Part shown: positions 12,640 through 24,497 of the stretch, piece after piece
How the letters are laid out: each line of letters opens with the position of its first letter
How positions within the stretch are numbered: position 1 is the first letter of the stretch
Origin: Lophium mytilinum
Taxonomy: Eukaryota
DNA: 64,000 nucleotides
Assembly (NCBI GenBank): GCA_010093605.1
Contig: MU004181.1
Location: 1,302,001-1,366,000, forward strand
Direction of reading: 5' to 3'
The notes under the pieces: model-generated
The model's database searches: none
What the model saw: only the letters and a program-made list of their open reading frames with translations
What the model was told of the DNA's origin: nothing
Translations under genes and position numbers: made by a program

Positions 12640-14762
12640 AGTGAGGATTGGCCGTCTCAGGTGCTGCGTCGCGCAGCCAGCGTCACGTTGTGGAGAAGCA
12701 GGGAAAAGCGGAGAGAAAAGTACGGAGGAGCCGATGGATGCAGCAGCGTGGTCCGGCGTGCTCTAGGACCGGTAGTGGTAACAGTCGGCTGTCGACGATC
12801 CTTTGTCTTGGGTTGCTGGGGCTGACGGGAGGAGTGTATGGTAACAGATGAGCACACGCGCAACACCTCTGTGACCTCCAACGTGGAAGCAACAATAACG
12901 AGGTACTTCGGGCCGCGATAAATAATGGAGAAGAGATATTCGGACTCACTCCGCACGGGCGCAATGCCGGGACCTAGTCGAGTTATCTGACGTTGGAGAC
13001 TTTCGATATGTAATCAGCATTTTAGCGCCCGTCTGCCGACTCCGGGGCTGTGTATAGTCACGTGCAGCGTGGCTGTGTATGAAGTAGGTGAAGCTTTCAA
13101 GGTTCTTTCATCAAAACAACTCTCGGCCAGTGCGATCAAATGGGGCATCCGGTCCGGGCCTCGCAAATCTCGGCGCGTAATCACCATGCCTTGCGTCGTC
13201 AACATCAAGAGCTGATAGCAGGGTAGAGGTCGACGGCGCTAAGAGTCATTTCGAGAAGGCTGCGCTTCTTGCAGCAAATTCGCTTTACTGTATACATGGG
13301 GCAAGCAAAGCGCAAGTCTCAATGGACCCCAGGGAAGCAGGTTACTATTCCTAGTAAGTGTGTCCACTGATGCTCTTGAGAGGGTCATTTGGAATAGGTA
13401 ATGCATGTTGATAGGCCTCTATAATAGAACGCTCTTGTATGGGACTGGATTTATGCTGCAGGGATAGTCGCATTCTACTTCGCTATGTTCTCTACTGAAA
13501 AACGAACGAGCTCGTTGTTCGCAAGTCCTAGACCCTCGCTTAATCTTGGTGGTCGGACAGGACTCAAGAAAGGCAAGCTCCCTCGTAAGCCGACCATGAC
13601 AATCAAGTCCTCGTTGCGAATACGCTGAGCTAGGATCCACATGAGGCTTGCTTACCTACATAATCTTGTTCTCAGTATACGGTTTGTAATTCCCTACTCA
13701 TCATGGACGGACTGCAGACGCTGACGCGGTCTACGCCCTGTATGCAGCCTCGACGACACAAATGACTTCTACTGCTTAACTTCTGCCCAGTCTGGTAACG
13801 ATGTGTTCGACCACTACGTCCCCAACCGCACTTGAAGTGGAAGCCGCGTGTCCCCTTAAGAGGACCTTATTATATCCTATTACAGCCTACAGGTGCTTAC
13901 TTCGTCACTCCACCACATTTCGTCTTACAGCTTGATCCTAGCTTGTTACGTCTCATTGTATGGGGGTTTGAAGTCCAACAACCACGTATCAATGGGATGG
14001 CATGGGCGCCGGAAGCCGAATTGCGGAGTTGACCCATCCCTCAATCCTCATGTACCCACAGAGAGCAACAACGTAACCGTCCCACTGAGAATAGCTCGAG
14101 CCACTCTCAGCTAATCTTGTGATCCGGAGCTTAGATTATCGTGAAAGAAGGAACAAGAATCGATCATAGAAATATGAGAGCAAGCGTGAGATGCGAGCAA
14201 GACAAGACGCAGGCGGAATTGTAGCTGATTTAAGTGAAAATAGTGAGAACTGCAAATACAAGTTGGTGGCGTCGTTTACTACTGCCCCTTCTACGCATTT
14301 ACAAGAAAGGAGATACCTTGAAAGTTGCAGATACGGCCGATTAGCCACGTATTGGCTCCATCTACCCTCAGAAGTATCGTGGTCTTTCTAAAGCGAGCAC
14401 TTTGGCCTAACGCGCAGATTCGGGTGCGGAAGGGCGTTCATTACGCCAGAAATCATCAATGGAGGGTTCAGTCTTACCCCTGGCGCCAGCATTACCACTG
14501 GAGGTATTGGTTATGAGTTGTTGCCAGACTTGCCTTTTCAATCTACACTCTGGTCAGTCTGATGGAGCAGTTTAAAACAGGAACAAAGGAGGATCAGTAG
14601 TGGCTGGAAGGTTCATAGGACGGCCTTGGCTGGTCGATATATATGGAAGCGTCACTCTATCATAGAGCCAATAGACCTAAGATATCGCGCAATAAACGTG
14701 ACGAGGTTGGCGTTACTAAATATGTTCGCGTATACACTACAGGCCTTTCTATTAATCAATTT

Positions 14763-15461
14763 TCACATGACTATACATTCAGTCGGGGCTGTCCTACCAC
14801 CTTTTTCAGTGGTAGTTTTGGCTGCGGTCCTAGCAACATCCTCCAGGACTTGTGGGCACAGTTCCCCAGTGAGAGCGCTGCACTCGGCATAGCGGTCACA
14901 CATCATTTCCTGGGCGACATTCAATGCCTCCTGTGGCATGATACTGACACCAAGCTTGCCGGCCTTCTTCTCCTCTTCTTTCCATTCGACTCGCAGGTCT
15001 CGTTTCAGGCCAAGGACCATGACTGGTAATTGCTCGTCGTAGTTATAATGAGCTTCGACGAAGTTCTTCCAACGTGTTTTCAGCGAGTGTAGGGTGGAGC
15101 GATTCGATATGTCAAAGCAAAGAATGATGAAGGACGGTTTGAGGAGGGTGTAGTTTTCTGGGGACGCGGTATCGTAGAAGTAGAAGCGGTATGGCCGGTT
15201 GTACATGGTTATGTTGAAAGTGAAGGGCTGGTCGCCATCTCGCAAGACGGGTAGCTGATACGGGGGTAGCAACTCGTGTTGAGGATGGATGCCGAGAGTG
15301 AGTCGCCTGGATGCAATTAGCCCTCGAACTGTATGTGAATTGCTTCTTCGAAGAGACGGAGCCGCCTTGTCATGGATGGAGACGTACGAGAGGAAGGTCG
15401 ACTTACCAACTTCTGCATCGCCCAGAAGAAGGATAGTGACCTCGGGTGAATCGGCGTCCAT
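14763..15461 (-). CDS. Atypical Rho-family small GTPase with CaaX box, 2 exons
   Basis: G1 GDAEVGKS, G3 variant DTASPENY, G4 GLKRDLR, G5 ECSA, C-terminal CIVM. In-frame 81-nt intron 15307-15387 (GTACGT...CTAAT...CAG). Confidence 0.88.
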   Translation of the reverse strand: MDADSPEVTILLLGDAEVGKSTFLSYVSIHDKAAPSLRRSNSHTVRGLIASRRLTLGIHPQHELLPPYQLPVLRDGDQPFTFNITMYNRPYRFYFYDTASPENYTLLKPSFIILCFDISNRSTLHSLKTRWKNFVEAHYNYDEQLPVMVLGLKRDLRVEWKEEEKKAGKLGVSIMPQEALNVAQEMMCDRYAECSALTGELCPQVLEDVARTAAKTTTEKGGRTAPTECIVM

Positions 15462-17224
15462 GGCTGTGTGGTTAGTGATAGAGAAGGAAGCTCGTCAAGG
15501 CGTATCTTCACATGTGCTTCATGCTAGCGAGTAGGTATCGGGCACCGGCAAGACTTTCTCGGTAGGGCTCTTAGCATAAGAAAAAGCGGGTTTCCCCAGA
15601 CACCAGGATGACCCCGGATTGAAAACGTTGGAATGCTTCTCCAAGAACTGACGTGTGGCGGCACGATGTTCCTACTGACATGGCATGACTGAGAACGTGA
15701 TGTTCAATAATATGCTGAAGCAGAGGATGATTTGATGGTCGATAACACTCGATGCGGCTCATGAATCGCGATGGATCTGGCCCCTCTGCTCAGGCCTCAC
15801 TCGCTAGCGACAGATTGGTCTCATTTGACAGTGGTACCATGGCTGGACCGCTGGAATTGACGGCTCCAATTCTGGTACGGCGCGATTGGTTCTTACAGGA
15901 GTACCACGGTAATGGAACACAACAGGACCAGAGAGCCCTATGCGGCATGCGCTCCAGGAAGTCGGGGGCAGTTCGGAGATGCCGTGGCGGGGCTGTCATT
16001 GGTATTGCCGCCACACGGGTAGAATACAGTGTAGAGAGTTTAGTTAGGGTCGTAATATTGAATGTATTGTAGAGGTACCGGGATAAGGATCCCATGCACG
16101 GGCCTAACTGCTGACCATGCCGCCAGTATTCCTCCTCTCTTTTCTTTCTTTAATGAACCGAGTTTTTCACATGCAATGAGAATGTCGACCTTTGCCTATT
16201 AACAACAGATCCTGCTGTCGTGAAATGTCGCAAGGGAGAAATGATAGTGATGCCGACGGTAACTGGACCAACAGCCGTCCAGCTAGACTTGATCTACAAT
16301 ATGAGACGTCAAGATGAAGAACTTAGCAAACTTAGTAGATCCTCAACCATGAGTCGAGCAAGAGCTCCTCGAGGGCAAGTCTTTAAGTCACAGATAGTAG
16401 AGAGGGGTGCGTATGGCTATATCCGTGTCAAAAGGGAAGACTATGGGAGAGGTAAATGAAGGAGTGTAGTGTCGCCTGTAACTTGATCAGGAACCAGCCG
16501 GAGGAAAGTTATATAGCAACGGAGCTCATGTTTGGAGTTCAGGCGCATTGTCGACGGTAGAAGGATCGACAATAGGATGCTCAAAAGACGAGACCACGAT
16601 GGGACCTCTCATTGGGAGTGTTTGGCAGCTTGGTCATTGATTGGGCCCGTGCATAGAATTCTATGATACACTCAATATTACGACACCACCTAAACTCTCT
16701 ACACCGGCTCTGTTTCGAGGGGTCTTCTAGTCCAGGTCCCTGCGTGCCTACTGCACATGACGGCGGGCGACAAACGCCCTTTGCTTCGAAGCGCCCGACT
16801 CCAGCTCGAACACTTACCTCCTCTCTCCTCTCTACACTGCTCTGCTCCGGTGCTATTGCCTTTGTCCTCTGCCCTAGGACGCCGAAGAACGAGAAAGAGC
16901 CGCCGCTGCCTGTCAAAGCGAGTACTACGACCGCCTCACCTGGCACGGCAATACAGCACGATTCCTTAAACCCGCCCAGCTGCTCTTCCGCCACCGACCG
17001 TTACGTCTGCCACGGGACATCCTCTTGCATCGTTGCGGCTGCCAATTCAGCCTCCGACCGGCCGTTCTGCGCTGCTGGCCTGCTGAAACAACTGCAGGGG
17101 ACCGACGGCTTCCCCGAGTTGCCTGCATACACACCCTCCGCGACTACAAGTCAACCGTGGCACAGCTCCTCCGGAGTCATAACATGTCTCTATCGAGACT
17201 GTTTGCTACCGCACAATCACCACA

Positions 17225-18418
17225 ATGAGCCCCTTTATCACCGCCGGCCAGTCTGACCAGTCTGTCCCCGGCCCGTATTCCGCCAACAAATTCACCTCTC
17301 CTCCACACGACACCACCTCCCGCCTCGACACAACTCCCGCCCTCACCAAAGTCAGCGACAAGACCAGCATGCACGCGAAGCCCGTCCCCGATCTATCAGC
17401 CCATGAGCCCGTCATGAAGGCCACCTCTGAGGACAGATCTTCAAGGGCCCTCCAACAATCTCAAACGCCCACCGCACCAGCTCCGAAGGTGGCACGCATC
17501 CTGAGAGAAGAGCCAGAACGCCTGCCACAGCTTCACCAGCCACGCCCTTCTACGCCTAGAGCTCAAACTGATCCCACCCCGGATCTTCTCCTCCATGCTA
17601 CCCACCACCCTCGCCCGCGTAACCGCTCTCCCTACTCTCGCAGCCACCTCCGCTCGCAGTCGAGCTCCAGCTTGCTCAGTGCACCGCTCATGACACGAGC
17701 TCACTCACTCCCGAGCGTCATCAACACAGTCGGCAGTCTCTCCTTCTCGCCCGCTCGACCCTCCAGTCCTCTGCGCTCCCCAGCTCGCTCTCGCAGCCCC
17801 TTCAAAGCTTCCGACGAGCCATACAGCCACTCGGGCGCGCCGAGCGTGTGTGACATCTCAGAAGACGCCGAACTCGAGCTCACTCCGCGCGGTTCAGCCG
17901 ACAAAATGCCGCCGCTCATCTCATTCCACAGCACCACGTTGCCTCGCAATCGCCGCCGACCCGCTTCGCCGCTCTACCAGGTCTCCAACGTGCCCTTCGG
18001 CAGTGCTCCCACGAGTACACCGACATCTACCAACTCATCCCCGCTCCTCGCACCTACGAAGTTCAACGAGCCGTTCCCCTCGACATACCAATACAGCAGC
18101 TCCTATTCCTCCTCTGTTCCGTCAACACCAACCTCCATGCGCTCCCGGAGCCCCAGCGTCTCCTCGCTTGAGACCATACCCGATTCGCCGGACGCAGAGG
18201 AAGAAGCCATAGAGGCCGACCGCATCGCGAAGCTGAAGGCCGCAGCTGACGCCGAAAGCGCAGCAGCAGACCCACTGCGTCGGGGTAGCCTAGACGTCCC
18301 CGGCGAGACGAGGACACTCCGATTCGGCAAGCGCGACGCGCGAAAGAGGTGGAGCGTGTGCGGTGCAGAGCGGCGAGGCGACCTGGACCTCGAGACGATT
18401 TGGGAGTCGGCGGACTGA
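17225..18418 (+). CDS. Ser/Pro-rich disordered fungal protein with C-terminal RKRWSVCGAERRGDLDLETIWE motif
   Basis: 397-aa ORF with good ATG context (CACAATG) and coding-like codon bias. I recognise the C-terminal motif from uncharacterised Pezizomycotina proteins. Confidence 0.8.
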   Translation: MSPFITAGQSDQSVPGPYSANKFTSPPHDTTSRLDTTPALTKVSDKTSMHAKPVPDLSAHEPVMKATSEDRSSRALQQSQTPTAPAPKVARILREEPERLPQLHQPRPSTPRAQTDPTPDLLLHATHHPRPRNRSPYSRSHLRSQSSSSLLSAPLMTRAHSLPSVINTVGSLSFSPARPSSPLRSPARSRSPFKASDEPYSHSGAPSVCDISEDAELELTPRGSADKMPPLISFHSTTLPRNRRRPASPLYQVSNVPFGSAPTSTPTSTNSSPLLAPTKFNEPFPSTYQYSSSYSSSVPSTPTSMRSRSPSVSSLETIPDSPDAEEEAIEADRIAKLKAAADAESAAADPLRRGSLDVPGETRTLRFGKRDARKRWSVCGAERRGDLDLETIWESAD

Positions 18419-19532
18419 GTATGTTACGGGGTCACACGATCGTGCAACGTGTCTCTACCCTCAGTTCCAGAACATACGCGAGGACACTCGCGTCCTCTTG
18501 CTGCGAACCCCGTCAACACCATTGAGCACCTTCACCCATTAGGGCTCAAACTCATATCATGCATTCAGCCGGCGTTATCAGCTCCTCCGTATCCAGATGC
18601 GCAAGAGCCTATTTCCTCTTTCTCTTTTCATCCTGTCACGGTCCCTTTCTTTCCAATCACTTGCATACTCTCGGCGTCCTGCGTTGAAACATCTTACCAG
18701 CAAAACTCTGTTTCCTGTTTTTGCTGTTCACAGCATATTGCATCTTGCCTGTCTCCATACAAATACCATACCATGATACCCCCCGTTCGCTATGGCGGAA
18801 TGCGAGAGCCAAGGGGATGCTGGAGTTGCAACTGGAGTTTTATTTCCGAGAGCGAGAACGGAATCAAACGGCGTCATACCGGTGCCTGGATTGCATACGA
18901 GTACGTTTGTTGGGTAGGTTTGCCAGACTGTGGGCTACAGACTTAACAAACTACGTACTTCAATATGTGAGTAGTCTTTGCTGACGGACGGCAAACGAAT
19001 TCGTGTGGAAAGTCACACATTATATGTATACAATACGATACTGCTACTGCATACGTGGCTTTCACGATGTTTTTTGATGCGTGCGTGATCTACTATACGA
19101 ATGTGATGTACTGAACTAGAGAGTTATACCTAACGAATGTAGCGTATCAAATAGGTGCGCCGCACCGAGTGAGTGTGATTTACTGAACGAGTGTGTGAGT
19201 CTTCACGGAGACTCTATTGAACTGCTGTTGTTGAACAGCACGAGGTAATTCTACAACTCTAGGTAACCCGAAATATGCAAAATACCCAAAGAACGCCGCC
19301 GGCCATACCGATCCGTTCAATGCAACCAGCCGTCAATGTCCAAGAAAGTACAATGCGAATGCAGGGCGACCGACCATCCTAAACGGAGCACCCTTAGCCA
19401 AGACCAGTAACCAGGCCGGTCCCAAAATCCTGTAACGCCATCCATGTAGCCAAGGCGGAGACGATGATTTCTGCCTCCCAAACGAACATATTTGCAAGAT
19501 TTCTATATCTTAGATACTTGATTGTGGGTGTC

Positions 19533-21326
19533 CTAGTCGTCCATGTCGCTTGAGTCGCTTCCGGCCTCGAGCTTCTTCCGCCTCTCCTCGTCCATTTCTT
19601 TGTAGGTTGCATGGCTGAGTAGCCCGAATGCGCCGATGATGAGGAGACCGCCTACGATCGCGGCGGGGGTAAGTGGGGTATTGAGGGGCTCCGGGAGGAG
19701 CTGGTCGACGATGGCGACAATGAAGATGGTGAGCAGAGCGGCGACGGAGGAGAGGACGGGGGAGGTGAGGGATATGAGGACGAGGAAGGAGCCGGAGAAA
19801 GCTGCGGACATATGTCAATAAGGGGACCTACTGAAGGGAGTGGTAGGAAGGTAACACTCACTTGCGTTGGCGAGGACACTAATGGCCATCATCCACGCCG
19901 CTTCCCCGCGAGGCAACGCAAACTCCTCCATACCCGTGTAGTTCATGATAGGCAGCGGGATCCATAGGATGCAGAGCGTGAAGCATCCGATCAGCGAGCC
20001 GAAGAAGTTGGCGAATATCATGCCCCGGCCGGGACTGCAGCCGTCAGGGGGGCATGCGAGTTTCTTGTAGAGCACCTCGTAGAAGCCGTAGAGTACGCTT
20101 CCGACTCCGATAATCAGATTCCCAAGGGCGCGATTCTCCGCCTCGTGCGAAGGAGGTGATTTGTCTCCGCCAGCTCCACCGCCAGATTTACTTCCGTGCT
20201 TTGCGGGAGACGAGTCGCCGTATGCAACGACAAAGACCCCGATAATGGCAATACCCACGGCAACGACTTTGGAAAGGCGGAGCTTTTCATGTAGCAGTGG
20301 GATGCTGAAAGCATAGGCGAAGAACGCGGAGCAGTTGTAAATAGCTGTGAGGTCGCTTGCGGTGGTTAGGTTGACGGCAACGTACCAGCTCCCTCCGGCG
20401 ACAGTGAGTGCGCAGGTCACGAGAGTGGTCATTCTGAGCATGTAGGGAACCGGAGAGGACTGGGAGGCGCGGACCGAAGGGTGTAGGGTGCCGTGCTCGA
20501 CCATTAGGGCAGTCTGGCGGAGTATCTGAACGTGCCGTCGCCAGAAGGTTTTCCAGGGCATGTTCCATTTCTGGAGTCGGAGGATTAGGAGTTGGAACGG
20601 CCAGAGGATAACCCAGGAGCCGTGGGTGAAGTACCTGAGATCGAGGATATAAACATTAGCATTTAGGCAGGTGAGTATGAGAGTGTTACAGCCGCATCTA
20701 GGGTCATTTGAGTCCACTCACAGCATGCAATACGGCTTGTTCCATTTGAGCTGGTGCTGGATGTACACTGCCGTTTCGGTCTGCACCGTGAAGCTGACCA
20801 GGCTTAATGATAAAAATATGGCAGCATATATGTATTTCCTCCGCGTCTCGAATGAAGCCTGCGATTCTGGGTCCCGCTCGTGAAAGGTGGACCGCCGGGA
20901 CAGGCCGCCTGGCCGCGTTGGGGAGTCGAAATCCGGGCCATCGTCTTTAGATGCTAGGAGCGGCTGATGATGTGACCGGCTGTGGTCAGCGCGGTCGTAT
21001 GAGGGTCGCAGGTCGGAGGGCATGTCTGGGTCTTCGACGTCTTGGTCATTCCAGTCCTCGAAGTCGAGGTCGCTGTCAGATTCGTTGTCTCCTGGGAGGA
21101 CACCTGGATCTTTGGCTTTACTTCTGGAAGGCCACTCCTGAGGATGGGGCAGGTCTGAAAAGGGCGACGAGGTCTCTGAGAGTTGTCGTGACGAAGGCTG
21201 AGAGATTATCACAGGGGAGCTGAAGCGATCGGACGAGGCTGCGTCGTTGAGAGAGTGTGGCGTTCGTTCCGGAGGGTGGAGGGAGAGCGACTTTGTCTTC
21301 TGGAGTGGGATGTCTTCGGCAGGCAT
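19533..21326 (-). CDS. EamA/DMT-superfamily (SLC35F-like) membrane transporter, 3 exons
   Basis: Acidic N-terminal tail and about 10 hydrophobic segments (TAIYNCSAFFAYAFSIPLLHEKL, GNLIIGVGSVLYGFYEV, LTSPVLSSVAALLTIF). Introns 20635-20721 and 19802-19861. Confidence 0.88.
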
Positions 21327-21918
21327 CCAAGCGACTCACGCGGTACGGCACAATGGCAGGCGGCTATAAAGAGTGTGGGTGGAGACTCAGATCATGAATG
21401 GTGTTGCAGGCCATGAGGACGCGGCACCAGCCCTGTTCACCCTCGACGTACGCCCAGTCTGTGCAGTAGTGTGGAGAAGCTAGCCTAGGGAGTGACCCCG
21501 TGACTGCCAAGCCTCAGGGTCTCAAAGTGAACGACATGTGCCTCAGGGGACTCTCCGCGACAATCACAGCTCCTTTTCCCGAAGTAAGTAATGCGTCTTT
21601 GTCCCGCTGTGATGCCACCTGGTTGCTTTGGCGGGCAGCGATGCCATCATCGTGCACCCCCTGTGAATCCTGCTACGATTCCGTAAGCAGCTACAACCTA
21701 TCGCCGCGGACTTTGGGCGCCGTGAGAGTGTGAGAGCGTTGTGGACCATTCACTTATTATCTCCGGCTGTTGGTGCACTCTATCCGCTTAGAAATGTAGA
21801 CCCCATGCTGTTCAGCTCAAAACGTCTTTGACTTTGACTATAAGTCGTTCTTCCCTTATGACACTTTAATCACCACAATTTCATCGATCCTCTGCCTCAG
21901 GTTTATCATTCCATCATC

Positions 21919-23179
21919 ATGTCTCAGATCTCAAAACCACGAGTTATCCTCGGTCTGATGACCATGGGTATGTGTCTCTCCACAATACAGCTTCGACCAG
22001 GTTCACAGACTCACTTCTCTAGGCCTCGATGAGTCTGCTGGTGCTCGTATCACCGGCCTCGACGAGTTCAAAAGGTCGTTGGACTACTTTCAGGCTCAGG
22101 GCTACAACGAAGTTGATACTGCCCGCACCTATGTTGGTGGTACACAGGAAGCGTTCACGAAAGAGGCTGGCTGGAAAGAGCGCGGCCTCAAGATTGCAAC
22201 CAAATGGTTCCCTATGAAGCCCGGCGACCATAAGGCGGAGACCGTCAAGGAGCAGTTGAACAAGAGCTTGACCGAGCTAGGCACTGATTCAGTGGACATC
22301 TTCTATCTCCATGCTGCAGATAGAGCGGTTCCCGTATGTCGTCTCCAAGCGTAACTAATCTTTTGGGTCTGACGCCTGGTAGTTTGAGGAAACTCTCGGT
22401 GCCGTGAATGACCTCTTCAAGGAAGGCAAATTCAAGCAGCTTGGACTCAGCAACTACACCGCCTACGAAGTGGCTGAGATCGTTATGACATGCAAAGCCC
22501 ATGGCTGGGTCAGACCGACCATTTATCAAGCCATCTACAACGCCATAAGTAAGCTTCCTATGCCAGCCATATCCTATTGTTCCCTTTCTTTTGGATCGAT
22601 ACTTCAGACTTCTAGCGTTTATATTTCCTCTATCTCCTTCCTCCTCTAACATTCCCAGCCCGCACCATCGAAATTGAACTCATCCCATGTCTCCGTCGCT
22701 ACTCTATCTCCCTCGTAATCTACAACCCCATCGCCGGCGGTCTCTTCTCCGGCAAGATCAAATCCGCATCCTCTGTACCCACCGACGGCCGCTTCAGCAA
22801 CACCACCAGCGTCATGGGCGGCATGTACCGCTGGCGCTACTTCAAAGACCAGACTTTCAATGCGCTCGCGCTGTTAGAACCAATAGTCGCAAAGCATAAC
22901 CTCAATATGCTGGAGGTCGCATTCCGGTGGCTGGTGCATCATTCCGCGTTGCGGATGGGGACGGTCGAGAAGGAGGGCGATGGGATCATCATGGGGATCA
23001 GTAAGTTCGAGCAGCTAGAGATGAATTTGGAGTTTTGTGAGAGGGGACCGTTGCCGGAGGATGTGGTGGAGGCGCTGGACCAGGCATGGCAGCTGACGAG
23101 TGCGACCGCGCCGCTATATTGGCACAAGGAGCTGACGTATGGGTATGATGTGCAAAAGGAGCTCTTCGGGGAGGGCTGA
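21919..23179 (+). CDS. Aldo-keto reductase, AKR7 (aflatoxin B1 aldehyde reductase-like), 4 exons
   Basis: PRVILGLMTMG, EVDTARTY, IATKWFP, DIFYLHAADR, LGLSNYTAYEV, YNPIAGG; three GT-AG introns. Confidence 0.92.
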
Positions 23180-23418
23180 ATGTGTCTTGATTGGTGCTCA
23201 GGTCTTAGGTGCAGTTGACGGTATCAGCCGTGAAGGCGACGAACGGTCGGTGAAATGAAAACAACGGATTAGAGTATTCCGCTCCTGTGATATCGAGGTG
23301 ACCCATTGGGAGAAGCCACGTGCTCAGCCACAGTCTTTTACATTGTGGCTTGACCGGGCACACGAGTAAGTCTATACATTTAATCTAATTCTGCAATCCT
23401 CAGCTAATTTGTACAGCA

Positions 23419-23490
23419 GGTCCGTCGGCTCAGTTGCTTAAGCACACCAACAAGCCACCAAGGGTTTGTGAGTTCGAATCCAGCCCCAAC
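23419..23490 (+). other. Degenerate tRNA-like sequence (tRNA pseudogene or SINE head)
   Basis: GGTCCGTCGGCTCAGTTGCTTAAGCA (D-arm/A-box-like) and GAGTTCGAATCC (B-box) at tRNA spacing. The acceptor, anticodon and T stems do not pair. Confidence 0.3.
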
Positions 23491-24497
23491 TTATGGCTGT
23501 TTTCACGAAGAATCGTCCGAAAGGGCGCAGCGCGGAAAGACGCAAGTCCATCCGGAGTAAAATCCCCTTGGAATTGTTCTACACCCTTCTCGAGGAGCGT
23601 AGTCTTTTGCTCCTCGGATGTTTTTTTGCGCCTGTGCCTGTTTTGCAAGAGGAGAACTAAAGCAGTATGACACGTTAAGGGAAAGAGACCTCCGCGATGG
23701 CCTCGCACTTCGCTTTTTAGAAGCGCATTGCCTTCCTCTTCACATTTCCCTCACAAGCTCCACGCCTGCGACACTGACCAACAAAATGCTTTTCATTTCA
23801 TTCCTAGTTGATGATATGTCCAGAGCTGAATCGGTTTTTTCCTCTCCCTTGAAAAAGGCATTAGGATGGGAACCTCAACGACGAAACGGCATCAAGCAGC
23901 TAGACTGGATGCTCGCTCCGAGCAGAATTTTAGCCTTTAGAAAGATGCGTGTTTCGAATGAAGCTCCCATATTAGTGGTGCTCTATTCGCTCTCAAGAAG
24001 GTTGGTGCTTTGCCCCTTTGACTTCTTCTAGTCTACTATTGCCAGAGTTCTTAGGGATCAAGATTAAGGCGAATAGTAGTGAGCAGCTAAAGCGAGATTT
24101 GTAAGTAGCTAAGTTGCGAAAGTGGAAAAGAGTTCCCTTCACTGCGAATATTCGCCCCGGAATCGATAGGCTAGTACATCAAGTTGCAATCTCTTGGCCG
24201 CTGTGGCTCTGAAGTGTTGATATGTTGAGTACGTGGCCGTGCTTGCTGATGGCATTTATGGCACATAACGACGTTGTTTGACTACGTACTTAATGTGCTG
24301 TCAACATCTTCACTGCTGTATTTCAAGTAGCTATATCTTCTCCGCCCAAGAACCCCAATTTCTCTTTTACAAGCTACATAAAGTCTATTCTACAAACTAT
24401 CGTATATTCCCAACATCCATCTACAACAAACACCAACCACTCTCGAGGTTAAACTCTCAACAGTACCTTAGTCCGTCATCAACATCAAACATTCAAC

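Noticed and set aside
16663..17256. 197-aa ORF overlapping the start of the 17225 gene
   Set aside because: No recognisable domain and UTR-like composition. It could be a uORF, but this cannot be supported without transcript data.
23430..24031. ORFs on both strands as a possible gene remnant
   Set aside because: Non-ATG starts and no motif; not distinguishable from random sequence.
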